Positions 19,940-29,391 of a DNA stretch of 64,000 bases are shown here, piece by piece. The DNA lies in NCBI GenBank assembly GCA_017887325.1, contig JAGHIE010000005.1:29076-93075 (forward strand), in the 5' to 3' direction. The translations under genes and the position numbers were made by a program. The number at the start of each line of letters is the position of its first letter. The first letter of the stretch is position 1. Source of the DNA: Oscillospiraceae bacterium. GTDB lineage: Bacteria; Bacillota; Clostridia; Oscillospirales; Ruminococcaceae. The notes under the pieces are model-generated. The model was not told the origin of the DNA, ran no database searches, and saw only the letters and a list, made by a program, of their open reading frames with translations.

Positions 19940-21782
19940 CGCATTTTCCTCCTTTTCTTTCTAATAATTTATTAGCTCCACAACCTGAACATTGTTCTCT
20001 ACAATTTGGTGTAGTTGTTGAGTTTAAGGCTTTTTCCCATTCTCGTCTTAAAAATGCTTCACTAACGCCATAATCTAAATGACTCCAAGGGAAAACTTCT
20101 CCTATTTCTCTGTGACGATTTGCATAAAACTCTACTGTTAAACCACATTCTTCAAGAGCTTCTAACCATTTGTCAAAATAAAAATGTTCGTCCCAGCTAT
20201 CAAAATAACAACCTTTTTTCCATGCTTTATACATAACTTGAGATAATCTTCTATCACCTCTAGCAAATACAGCTTCTAAAACAGAAGTTTTACTTGCATG
20301 ATATTTGAAAGATATTTTTTTAGATGTTATATAGTCTTTCATATGATATTGTTTTTTGATAATTGTTTCCAAATCATCTTGTCCAAACCATTGGAATGGT
20401 GTAAAAGGTTTAGGCACAAATGTTGATACAGATACTGTAACATTAACACTCTTGCCTTTAACTCTATTTTCAAGATGGTTATATAAACCAACTATCTCTT
20501 GAGCTAAATCTATAATACCTTCACAGTCTTCCATAGTTTCTGTAGGTAGTCCTAGCATAAAGTATAATTTTACACTTGTATATCCACCCTCAAAAGCAAT
20601 TTTACAAGATGAGAATATATCTTCTTTTGTTATATTTTTATTTATAACATCTCTCATTCTTTGAGTTCCTGCTTCTGGTGCAAAAGTTAGACCTGTTTTT
20701 CTAACTTTTTTAACTTTTTCTAAAAGGTCTTCTGAGAAATTATCTATTCTCAAAGAAGGTAAAGATAAATTAACTTTATTTTCAACTGAATAATCTATTA
20801 ATTCATCTAATAAATCAGCTATACCAGAATAATCTGATGTACTCAAAGAAGATAATGATATTTCTTCATATCCAGTAGTTTCACACAATGATTTTCCTTG
20901 TGAGCACAATACATCAGGATTTTTTTCTCTTAAAGGTCTGTAAATAAAGCCAGCTTGACAGAATCTACAACCACGAATACAACCTCTCATAACTTCTACA
21001 ATAGCTCTATCATGAACTGTATCTATATATGGCACAACAAAATCTTTTGGATAATATGTTTTGCTCATATCTTGAATAATCGCTTTTTTAACTGTTTGAG
21101 GTGCAGATTTTAAAGCTTTTATTTCTTTTACTGTGCCGTCTTCATTGTATGAAACATCGTATAATGATGGTACATAAACACCTTGTATATGACTAGCCTC
21201 TTCTAAAAGTTTTTCTTTACTCCAATTTTCTTGTTTTGCTTTTCTATAAAGTTCTACAAACTCTATTAAATTTTCTTCACCTTCACCCAACATAAATACA
21301 TCTACAAAGTCAACTAAAGGTTCTGGGTTACAAGTACAAGGTCCACCTGCTATAACTAAATTTTTCAAACCTTCCCTATTTTTAGCAAACACATCAATTC
21401 CTGATAAATCAAGCATATTTAATATATTTGTGTATGATAATTCATATTGTAAAGTAAATCCAATAATATCAAAATCACATAATTCGTCAAAACTTTCCAA
21501 ACCGTATAATTTTATATTATTTTCTCTCATTTTTTGTTCCATGTCCATCCATGGAGCAAAAACTCTTTCACACCAACAATAATCTTTTGAGTTTAATAAT
21601 CCATATAATATTTTCATTCCCAAGTGAGACATACCAACTTCATATGTATCAGGGAAACAAAAAGCAAAACGAACATCTACTTCATTAGCATTTTTATAAA
21701 TACTATTAACTTCACCACCAACATATCTGCCAGGTTTTTGAACTTCTAATAAAAATTCATCTAATTGTTTTTTTATATTCAA
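19932..21782 (-). CDS. B12-binding-domain radical SAM protein (TIGR03960-like)
   Basis: VQKPGRYVGGE, FPDTYEVGMSHLG and CIRGCRFC (CxxxCxxC). Start moved to TTG at 21782 (GGAAGGA RBS); the track gives 21830. Confidence 0.9.
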   Translation of the reverse strand: MNIKKQLDEFLLEVQKPGRYVGGEVNSIYKNANEVDVRFAFCFPDTYEVGMSHLGMKILYGLLNSKDYCWCERVFAPWMDMEQKMRENNIKLYGLESFDELCDFDIIGFTLQYELSYTNILNMLDLSGIDVFAKNREGLKNLVIAGGPCTCNPEPLVDFVDVFMLGEGEENLIEFVELYRKAKQENWSKEKLLEEASHIQGVYVPSLYDVSYNEDGTVKEIKALKSAPQTVKKAIIQDMSKTYYPKDFVVPYIDTVHDRAIVEVMRGCIRGCRFCQAGFIYRPLREKNPDVLCSQGKSLCETTGYEEISLSSLSTSDYSGIADLLDELIDYSVENKVNLSLPSLRIDNFSEDLLEKVKKVRKTGLTFAPEAGTQRMRDVINKNITKEDIFSSCKIAFEGGYTSVKLYFMLGLPTETMEDCEGIIDLAQEIVGLYNHLENRVKGKSVNVTVSVSTFVPKPFTPFQWFGQDDLETIIKKQYHMKDYITSKKISFKYHASKTSVLEAVFARGDRRLSQVMYKAWKKGCYFDSWDEHFYFDKWLEALEECGLTVEFYANRHREIGEVFPWSHLDYGVSEAFLRREWEKALNSTTTPNCREQCSGCGANKLLERKGGKCVE

Positions 21783-21870
21783 AATAAATCTATCCTTCCA
21801 TATATCATTACTAATAAATAGAGAATGCAAAATTAAATAATTCTTCTAATCTGCATTCTCCTTTTCTATT

Positions 21871-24336
21871 CTATAACTTATAAAATTTTTGCATTATGTA
21901 ACATAACATACCAAATCCAATTTGATAGCCACATAAAACAATATTATTTAATTGATTTACACCATTTAAGAAAGTAAATGCAACAAATAATAAAATCGCA
22001 AGACCCATAACCACATAGTTTATCGCCAAAGATATCTGTGTGATTTTAGGCAATTTTTTAGCAAATAACAAAGAGTAAATATATCCTCTTAAAGTACCAT
22101 CATTACAAACTGTAGCACTAATAGGTTTTGTAGTTTCAGAAATTTCTGCTAATTCTTTATGTAACCTTGAAGGTATTACTCTAAAAGCTTTTTCTGGTAA
22201 ACCAAAAACTTTTGATAAAGTAGTTCTTGTAAGAATTGGGTCTACTGTTCTTATTATACAAACTATATCATTGTTATTTAAACTTGAAACCAATTGTTTT
22301 ATTTCTTGGTTACACTCTAAACCTATCATAAATACAGCACTTAATTCTCCACCTGTTGATAAATAAATTAAACTTCTATCTCTAGCGATAAATTTATTTT
22401 CAAAATCTTCAGTAGGAACATCAATATTATGATTTTTCATAAGTTCTCTTGAACCTATCAATATTCTTCTATTACCTATCCATGCAGATATACCCATACC
22501 GTCTTCATATAATAAGCTATCACATTTTTCTAAATAATCTTCTCTGTTATTTATTATGTTTAAAAATACATTTCCTAAAATACTATTAGACTCTTTTAAA
22601 ACAGTTGTAGCGTCTAAAATAACTTTATCTATAGGTGCATCTGAAAATGTTTTTATACCATACAAAGTAACATCTTGTCCATCAAATATTTGTGTAGCAT
22701 CTAAAGTTATTGAATTTACTCCTGTATAATCTTCTGCAGACTCAACACTTAAGACAGCTCCACCATTTGGAACTAACTTTTTAGCTGTATCATACAATGG
22801 TAATGATATCATCAAAAATGGTAATACACCTGTACCAACTAATAATATACCGTTAAAAACACCAAGTCCAACAAATATATCTTGTTTTAAAACTAATGAC
22901 ACGACTAGTGTAATTAATGCCAAACCTGCAACTATAGGTAAAACTCTAATTGCTCCTCTATCACTTTCATCAGAACCGAAAGACTCGTCCATAAAATATG
23001 ATAAAAATGTTGTTTTCTTGTTATAAACAAGAGTTGGATAATCTTCTAAAGCAGCTTTTGTAAAATCTTCTGCCATCTTTTGATTTTCCATTATGCTTAC
23101 AGCATATCTCTTATCTTTATTAGCAAGTATTGAGAAGTTTAATAATCTTCTTTTAGCATCTAAATATCTTCCTAACATAGAACCAAATGCACAGATACTA
23201 GCTAACGGTACACATAAGTTTACTGCATTGTTTTGTATTGCTTTTGGCTCGAATAATATACCAATATTAACTCCTAACATTGCTATAAAAGCAATACTAA
23301 ATATCGTATTTCTTGTTATTGATTTTTGGAATATAGAGTAAATTCCTTCTAAAATTGTATCGTAAGAAAAAGCAATAGCACCTACTAATAACACTAGATT
23401 AGCAATACAGAAATTCAAAGGATGTTGTGTTTTGTCTATAAAGCTTATAAGTGATGTTTTGTTACCCATTGTAAACAATGTCATTATAATAGCCAAAACA
23501 GAAATAACACCCAATGATATCAATCTTTTTGCTAGTGAGCCTTGCATAGATTTTAAGTAATTAAAGATATTACCTGTTTGTTTATCATCTGTATATTCTT
23601 CTGGAACTTCATCATCTAAACTTTCTTTGCCAAATCCTAATTTTTCATAGTCAATATCATTTATTTTAAATTTTTCTTGTTTATCTTTTTTATTACCACT
23701 ATCATCTTTTGCTTTTTTTAATTCTTCATCAATAATTTGTTTTGACTTTTCATGTACTTCAATTGGTTGAGTAGTTGTATATTGAGGATTTAAAACAAAC
23801 TCTTTTACTAGTTTTTCACGATTTTTTCTTAATGATATGTATTTAATGTGTGCTGTTGACAGCATTAAATCTCTCAATCTTTGTTCTTCTAGTTCTTCTT
23901 GTTTTTTTAATTCTTCAGTGGTCATTGATTTTATTTCTTTAATCAATTTTTCTTTTTCATTTTTATTGCTTTCATCAATAGTGTCTGTACTTTCTTTTTC
24001 TTCTGGTTTATTATTTTTTTCTAAACTAGCATTTACTTTTTCTTTCACATCATCTTTATTGTAATATTCTATCTTCTTGCTATCGTTTAGAATAGAACTT
24101 GTTTGTTTATCTTCATCACTTTCTTCATTTTTAGATTCATCGTCTATTTTAGGAAAATGTTTTTGTTCTGTTAAGGTTGCATTTACTTCATCAAGCAATG
24201 TAGCCGTATCATATTTTTTCATTTCAACTGAATATTTTTTAATTTCTTCATCTGTAATATCACTTATTCCATTAGCTTTTAATTCATCTTTTAAATCAGA
24301 TAAAATATCATCTAATGAAAATTCTTTTTCTGACAT
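21871..24336 (-). CDS. Large membrane protein with degenerate P1B-ATPase-like domains
   Basis: Charged N-terminus, TM pairs and residual P/N-domain motifs (see findings). Start at ATG 24336 behind AGGAGG. Confidence 0.7.
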   Translation of the reverse strand: MSEKEFSLDDILSDLKDELKANGISDITDEEIKKYSVEMKKYDTATLLDEVNATLTEQKHFPKIDDESKNEESDEDKQTSSILNDSKKIEYYNKDDVKEKVNASLEKNNKPEEKESTDTIDESNKNEKEKLIKEIKSMTTEELKKQEELEEQRLRDLMLSTAHIKYISLRKNREKLVKEFVLNPQYTTTQPIEVHEKSKQIIDEELKKAKDDSGNKKDKQEKFKINDIDYEKLGFGKESLDDEVPEEYTDDKQTGNIFNYLKSMQGSLAKRLISLGVISVLAIIMTLFTMGNKTSLISFIDKTQHPLNFCIANLVLLVGAIAFSYDTILEGIYSIFQKSITRNTIFSIAFIAMLGVNIGILFEPKAIQNNAVNLCVPLASICAFGSMLGRYLDAKRRLLNFSILANKDKRYAVSIMENQKMAEDFTKAALEDYPTLVYNKKTTFLSYFMDESFGSDESDRGAIRVLPIVAGLALITLVVSLVLKQDIFVGLGVFNGILLVGTGVLPFLMISLPLYDTAKKLVPNGGAVLSVESAEDYTGVNSITLDATQIFDGQDVTLYGIKTFSDAPIDKVILDATTVLKESNSILGNVFLNIINNREDYLEKCDSLLYEDGMGISAWIGNRRILIGSRELMKNHNIDVPTEDFENKFIARDRSLIYLSTGGELSAVFMIGLECNQEIKQLVSSLNNNDIVCIIRTVDPILTRTTLSKVFGLPEKAFRVIPSRLHKELAEISETTKPISATVCNDGTLRGYIYSLLFAKKLPKITQISLAINYVVMGLAILLFVAFTFLNGVNQLNNIVLCGYQIGFGMLCYIMQKFYKL

Positions 24337-24360
24337 AGCTTGCACCTCCTTAAAATAAAT

Positions 24361-25140
24361 CTATTTAGCTTTTAGTCCAAGTCTTTGTCTTGATACTTCA
24401 TACATCAAAACACCAGCTGCAACAGATGCATTTAAAGAATTTATTTGACCATTCATAGGTAAACTTACAATAAAGTCTGATTCTTCTCTTAATAATCTAC
24501 TAACACCCTTGCCTTCAGAACCAATAACAAGTGCAACTCCTCCAGAGTAGTCAACTTCGCACCAGTTTTGACCGTCCATATCAGCAGAATATATCCAAAC
24601 TCCATTTTCTTTTAATGTTTTAACTGTTTGTTTTAAATTAGAAACTCTACAAACCGGCATTACACTTGCAGCACCAGCACTTGTTTTATAAACAACTTGT
24701 GTCAAAGTAGCACTTCTTCTTTTTGGAATAATAACTCCATGAACACCACTAGCTTCAGCTGTTCTAATAATAGCACCTAAATTATGAGGGTCTTCTATTT
24801 CGTCACAAATAATTATAAATGGATTTTCTTGTTTTTCTTTTGCAATATTTAAAATATCTTCTAGTCCAACATACTCTGCAACACTACAAACAGCAACTAC
24901 ACCTTGATGATTAACTCCATTGCTCATTGAATCCAATTTTTGAGGCATTGCATTTTTTATTACGATTTTCTTTTCTTTAGCCAAAGCGATAATTTTATTC
25001 ATACTACCACCAACAGCTGATTGCAGTATATATATAACATCAATTTGCCTATCTGTTTTTAAAGCTTCCATAACAGCATTTCTTCCAACTATTATATCGC
25101 TTCTATCATCATTTTTTCTTATAGATTCTTTATTTCTCAT
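24361..25140 (-). CDS. rlmB: 23S rRNA Gm2251 2'-O-methyltransferase (SPOUT)
   Basis: NHQGVVA, DPHNLGAIIRTA, IGSEGKG, SLNASVA. Confidence 0.93.
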   Translation of the reverse strand: MRNKESIRKNDDRSDIIVGRNAVMEALKTDRQIDVIYILQSAVGGSMNKIIALAKEKKIVIKNAMPQKLDSMSNGVNHQGVVAVCSVAEYVGLEDILNIAKEKQENPFIIICDEIEDPHNLGAIIRTAEASGVHGVIIPKRRSATLTQVVYKTSAGAASVMPVCRVSNLKQTVKTLKENGVWIYSADMDGQNWCEVDYSGGVALVIGSEGKGVSRLLREESDFIVSLPMNGQINSLNASVAAGVLMYEVSRQRLGLKAK

Positions 25141-25427
25141 TATAAAAATCCTTCTTTAACAAACACACTTTTAAATTTTAATCGAAATTTATTGCATAAT
25201 AACTCATTTTATTAAATAATCGCTTAATTATAACATATTTTGCCCATACTTTGCAATAAAAAGCAATTAATTTAGGCATTTTTTTACTATTTCATAATAA
25301 AAATTTTCTTATTGATTAATTTTAATTATACCACATACAATATATAGTAGTTTACCATAATAACTATATTAATTTTGTAGATATTTGTTGTTTTCAAGTA
25401 TACTATTTGTAACAAAAATAAAATAAA

Positions 25428-25549
25428 TTTTCAACAATTTATTTTTCGACATTTTAACAATAGAAAAATACTGTGTTTTCCACACTTTCAACACAGTTTT
25501 CAACATATATAACACATAATTTTTAACAGTTTCAACATAGTTTTCAACA
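25428..25549 (+). repeat. Cluster of co-oriented DnaA-box-like 9-mers
   Basis: TTTTCAACA at 25428, 25497 and 25541; TTTTCCACA at 25476; CTTTCAACA at 25485; TTTTTAACA at 25520; GTTTCAACA at 25529. Confidence 0.65.
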
Positions 25550-25653
25550 TATTACTTATAAAAAGTTTATTACTCTTTGTATATTTATTGGATTTTTGGT
25601 TAATATTTCAAATAGATAAGTAATTACATTATATTGATTTTTAGAGGTGTCTT

Positions 25654-25917
25654 ATGATTAGAGCAATTAATAAAAGAATTTTAGAAGTTGGACAAAATAA
25701 CGATTCATGTTTTGAAAAAGCTTTATTGTTTTTAAAACCAAATTATTTAAATGATGATTATTCAATAATAAGATCTGCAGAAAATTATATAAAATCTTAC
25801 AATAACAAAATGAAAAGAAAAAAATATAAAAAACAACTATTATTTTCTATATCAAGATTTATTATTGGATATTTACTTGGATTACTTACACTTTTTATTA
25901 TTACATTTATATTCTAA
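25654..25917 (+). CDS. Small hypothetical protein with C-terminal TM helix
   Basis: 87 aa, RBS GAGGTG, downstream terminator; MIRAINKRILEV...FEKALLFL resembles a conserved clostridial hypothetical. Confidence 0.75.
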   Translation: MIRAINKRILEVGQNNDSCFEKALLFLKPNYLNDDYSIIRSAENYIKSYNNKMKRKKYKKQLLFSISRFIIGYLLGLLTLFIITFIF

Positions 25918-25938
25918 ATTTTATAAATTATACCAAAC

Positions 25939-25979
25939 AAAAAAGCTAATCTTAAATTAAATTTAAGATTAGCTTTTTT
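25939..25979. terminator. Bidirectional terminator
   Basis: AAAAAAGCTAATCTTAAAT/ATTTAAGATTAGCTTTTTT inverted repeat between convergent genes. Confidence 0.8.
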
Positions 25980-25981
25980 AC

Positions 25982-26680
25982 TTACTCGCAATTTTTAGAT
26001 GTTAAAAAATATATAGCTCTTTCTATGGAGTCCTTTGAATTTCCCCAATCTGCATTTTCACCACTATTTCTATAATCAAACATCTTACAATAATGCGAAA
26101 CATCGGCACTTACTTCGTCTAAATAATTTCTACATAATTTTATTGTGTCATTTATAAAACTATCATAACTTTTTTTATCCATATTCTCACAAGCATATTT
26201 GCTTATTTTTTTAAAGTGTGGATAACATATATAAGGCTGTTCTTTATACAAATTTTTAAATTCATCACTTTTTGAATACATTTTTATTATTGTATCAAAC
26301 ATTCTTTCTATAGCCCATTCTATTTTATTACATACAAAACAAGTATTATCAGCATCTTCATTTGTTTCTTTTTTCTTGAATAATCCTTGTGATTTTTTTG
26401 GCTTTACTACTTTATTTTCTTCTATTTCTTTTAAATGACTTTCTAACATCAACGCTAAAGACAATCTGTTTTTTCTTTTCAACATTTTATCAAAATGTTC
26501 TTTACAAAAACCTTGTTCATTTGTTTGTATTCTTACATCTGGCTCCATCATAGCAGCACCCATAATATATTCTAAAGTGCGTTCTTCTAAAGTTGCAACC
26601 ATATTACATATTGGACAACCACAATTATCCTCAAATATTTCATTCACAGGAATTGTATAGATACTATCTCTCATCTTCAT
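25982..26680 (-). CDS. DUF6062-like Cys-rich protein
   Basis: IYTIPVNE, CGCPIC, GFCKEH, CFVC, CYPH motifs; FDYRN and SIERAI near the C-terminus. Confidence 0.75.
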   Translation of the reverse strand: MKMRDSIYTIPVNEIFEDNCGCPICNMVATLEERTLEYIMGAAMMEPDVRIQTNEQGFCKEHFDKMLKRKNRLSLALMLESHLKEIEENKVVKPKKSQGLFKKKETNEDADNTCFVCNKIEWAIERMFDTIIKMYSKSDEFKNLYKEQPYICYPHFKKISKYACENMDKKSYDSFINDTIKLCRNYLDEVSADVSHYCKMFDYRNSGENADWGNSKDSIERAIYFLTSKNCE

Positions 26681-26798
26681 CTCTCCTATTTTAACAATTT
26701 ATTGTTTATTTCTAAAATCATTTATGATATACTGTTTTTTGACATTATAACACAAATTTAGTGTAATTTATATATTATAAAAGGAATAAGGTGTATTT

Positions 26799-27635
26799 AT
26801 GATAGAAATTATAAACAAAAATCCTTTACAAATAAAAACTAATAATTTTTCCCTTGCATACTCTTTAGACTGTGGTCAAGCATTTAGATGGCAAATGCTC
26901 GAAGACGGTTCTTTTTCTGGTTGTGCTTTTAATAAATATTTGCATGTATCACAAGAAGGCGATATAGTTACTTTTCATAATTCAAATGAAGAAGACTTTA
27001 ATTCAATATGGAATAACTATTTTGACTTTGATACCGATTATGAAAGTATCAGAGAAGGATATAAATTTATGCAAATTTTTATAGATAGCATAGAATATGC
27101 TGGTGGAATACATATTTTAAAACAAGACCCTTGGGAATGTTTATGCTCTTTTATTATATCACAAAATAACAATATTCCTAGAATAAAAGGTATTATTTCA
27201 CGATTATGTGAAAATTTTGGTGAAGAAATATATGAAGGAGTTTATTCTTTTCCAACAGCACAAGATATTGCTAAACTAACAGTTGATGATTTAGCACCAT
27301 TGAGAGCAGGATTTAGAGCAAAATATATAATAGATGCTGCAACAAAAGTAGCAAATGGTGAAGTTGATTTTGAAAAAATTTATAATAGTGATTTACAAAC
27401 AGGTGAGCAAGAACTTATTAAAATTTTAGGAGTTGGAAAAAAAGTTGCACAATGTGTATTACTTTTTGGTTTCCATAAGTTAGACGCTTTTCCTATTGAT
27501 GTTTGGATTAAAAGAGTTTTAGCTGAATATTTCCCAGATGGTTTTCCAACTCAAAACAGCGAATACGCAGGAGTAGTTCAACAATATCTATTTCACTATG
27601 TAAGATATTTGGATAAAGAAAAAGATAAAAAATAA
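26799..27635 (+). CDS. 8-oxoguanine DNA glycosylase (HhH-GPD, OGG N-terminal domain)
   Basis: SLDCGQAFRW, ISQNNNIPRI, HhH GVGKKVAQC with catalytic Lys, FPIDVW. Confidence 0.9.
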   Translation: MIEIINKNPLQIKTNNFSLAYSLDCGQAFRWQMLEDGSFSGCAFNKYLHVSQEGDIVTFHNSNEEDFNSIWNNYFDFDTDYESIREGYKFMQIFIDSIEYAGGIHILKQDPWECLCSFIISQNNNIPRIKGIISRLCENFGEEIYEGVYSFPTAQDIAKLTVDDLAPLRAGFRAKYIIDAATKVANGEVDFEKIYNSDLQTGEQELIKILGVGKKVAQCVLLFGFHKLDAFPIDVWIKRVLAEYFPDGFPTQNSEYAGVVQQYLFHYVRYLDKEKDKK

Positions 27636-27765
27636 ATTTTTATAAAATAGTCAAATTAAATTTAATTTGACTATTTTATTTTTACTTTATTAACTATTTA
27701 CTTTTATTTACATACATAGTAGAATATAACTAATTGTGTAAATTATTTTTAAGGAGAGTAATATT

Positions 27766-29352
27766 TTGGCTAAATATCAAAATGAAATTAATAAACGCCG
27801 TACTTTTGCTATCATCTCTCACCCTGATGCTGGTAAAACTACATTAACAGAAAAATTCCTTTTATACGGTGGAGCTATACAATTAGCTGGTTCTGTAAAA
27901 GGTAAAAAAACAGCTAAACATGCTGTTTCTGACTGGATGGAAATCGAAAAACAAAGAGGTATTTCTGTAACTTCTTCTGTAATGCAATTTAATTATGACG
28001 GCTATTGTATCAACATTCTTGATACACCTGGACACCAAGATTTCTCAGAGGATACTTATAGAACTTTAATGGCTGCTGACTCTGCAGTAATGGTTATCGA
28101 CGCTTCTAAAGGGGTTGAAAACCAAACTAGAAAATTATTTAAAGTTTGTACAATGCGTGGTATTCCAATCTTTACTTTTATAAATAAAATGGATAGAGAA
28201 GCTAGAAATCCATTTGACTTATTAGAACAAATCGAAGAAGAACTAGGAATTGACACATTTCCAGTAAATTGGCCTATTGGTTCTGGTAAAGAATTTAAAG
28301 GTGTATTCAATAGACAAAATAGAGAAGTTATTGCTTTTACTGCAAATAACGGTCAAAGAGAAGTTGAAGCTACTGAAATTGACTTAAATGCTGGTAATCT
28401 TAAAGATGTATTAGGTGATGAATTATACCAAAATTTAATGGACGATGTAGAATTATTAGACGGTGCTGGTGCTGAATTTGACCAAGAAACAGTTAACAAA
28501 GGTAAATTGACACCTGTATTCTTTGGTTCTGCTTTAACTAATTTTGGTGTAGAACCTTTCTTAGAAGATTTCTTAAAAATGACTACTTCTCCACTAGCTA
28601 GAAGTACAAAAGATGATGTAGTTGACCCATTTGATGATAATTTCTCTGCATTTGTATTTAAAATACAAGCTAATATGAACAAAGCTCACAGAGATAGAAT
28701 TGCATTTATGAGAATTTGCTCTGGTAAATTTGAAAAAGGCATGGACGTTTTACATGTTCAAGGCAATAAGAAAATGAAACTATCACAACCACAACAAATG
28801 ATGGCTCAAGAAAGAGAAATTGTTGACGAAGCATATGCTGGAGATATTATCGGTGTATTCGACCCAGGTATCTTCTCTATCGGTGATACTGTTTGCTCAC
28901 CTAATATGAAAATTGAGTTTGAAGGTATCCCAACATTTGCTCCAGAACATTTTGCAAGAATAGCTCAAAAAGACACACTAAAAAGAAAACAATTTGTAAA
29001 AGGTACTTCTCAAATTGCTCAAGAAGGTGCTATCCAAATCTTCCAAGAATTAGGTGGAGGTATGGAAGAAGTTATCGTTGGTGTTGTTGGTGTGTTACAA
29101 TTTGAAGTTTTAGAGTATAGACTAAAAAATGAATACAACGTTGAAATTCGTAGAGAAGGTCTTCCATATCAATTTATTAGATGGATTGAAAATAAAGACA
29201 TTGACCCTAAAAAATTAAACTTAACATCTGATACAAAGCGTATTCAAGACTTAAAAGGAAATCACTTATTACTATTTACAAACTCTTGGGGTATACAATG
29301 GGCTTTAGACCACAACGAAGGATTAATTTTATCTGAATTCAGTAAAAACTAG
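27766..29352 (+). CDS. prfC: Peptide chain release factor 3
   Basis: RRTFAIISHPDAGKTT, DTPGHQDFSEDTYRTL, NKMD. Confidence 0.98.
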   Translation: MAKYQNEINKRRTFAIISHPDAGKTTLTEKFLLYGGAIQLAGSVKGKKTAKHAVSDWMEIEKQRGISVTSSVMQFNYDGYCINILDTPGHQDFSEDTYRTLMAADSAVMVIDASKGVENQTRKLFKVCTMRGIPIFTFINKMDREARNPFDLLEQIEEELGIDTFPVNWPIGSGKEFKGVFNRQNREVIAFTANNGQREVEATEIDLNAGNLKDVLGDELYQNLMDDVELLDGAGAEFDQETVNKGKLTPVFFGSALTNFGVEPFLEDFLKMTTSPLARSTKDDVVDPFDDNFSAFVFKIQANMNKAHRDRIAFMRICSGKFEKGMDVLHVQGNKKMKLSQPQQMMAQEREIVDEAYAGDIIGVFDPGIFSIGDTVCSPNMKIEFEGIPTFAPEHFARIAQKDTLKRKQFVKGTSQIAQEGAIQIFQELGGGMEEVIVGVVGVLQFEVLEYRLKNEYNVEIRREGLPYQFIRWIENKDIDPKKLNLTSDTKRIQDLKGNHLLLFTNSWGIQWALDHNEGLILSEFSKN

Positions 29353-29391
29353 AAAAAAAGCAATAACCGTTTTAAACGGTTATTGCTTTTT
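29353..29391. terminator. Bidirectional terminator
   Basis: AAAAGCAATAACCGTTT/AAACGGTTATTGCTTTT between convergent prfC and rarA. Confidence 0.8.

Noticed and set aside
25335-25350. NrdR-box-like ATACAATATATAGTAG
   Set aside because: Single convincing copy, no nrd gene adjacent, and easily produced in AT-rich DNA.
25141-25653. Replication origin oriC
   Set aside because: No dnaA or dnaN nearby, and spot checks show no switch in C/G skew across the site. Kept only as a DnaA-box-like cluster.
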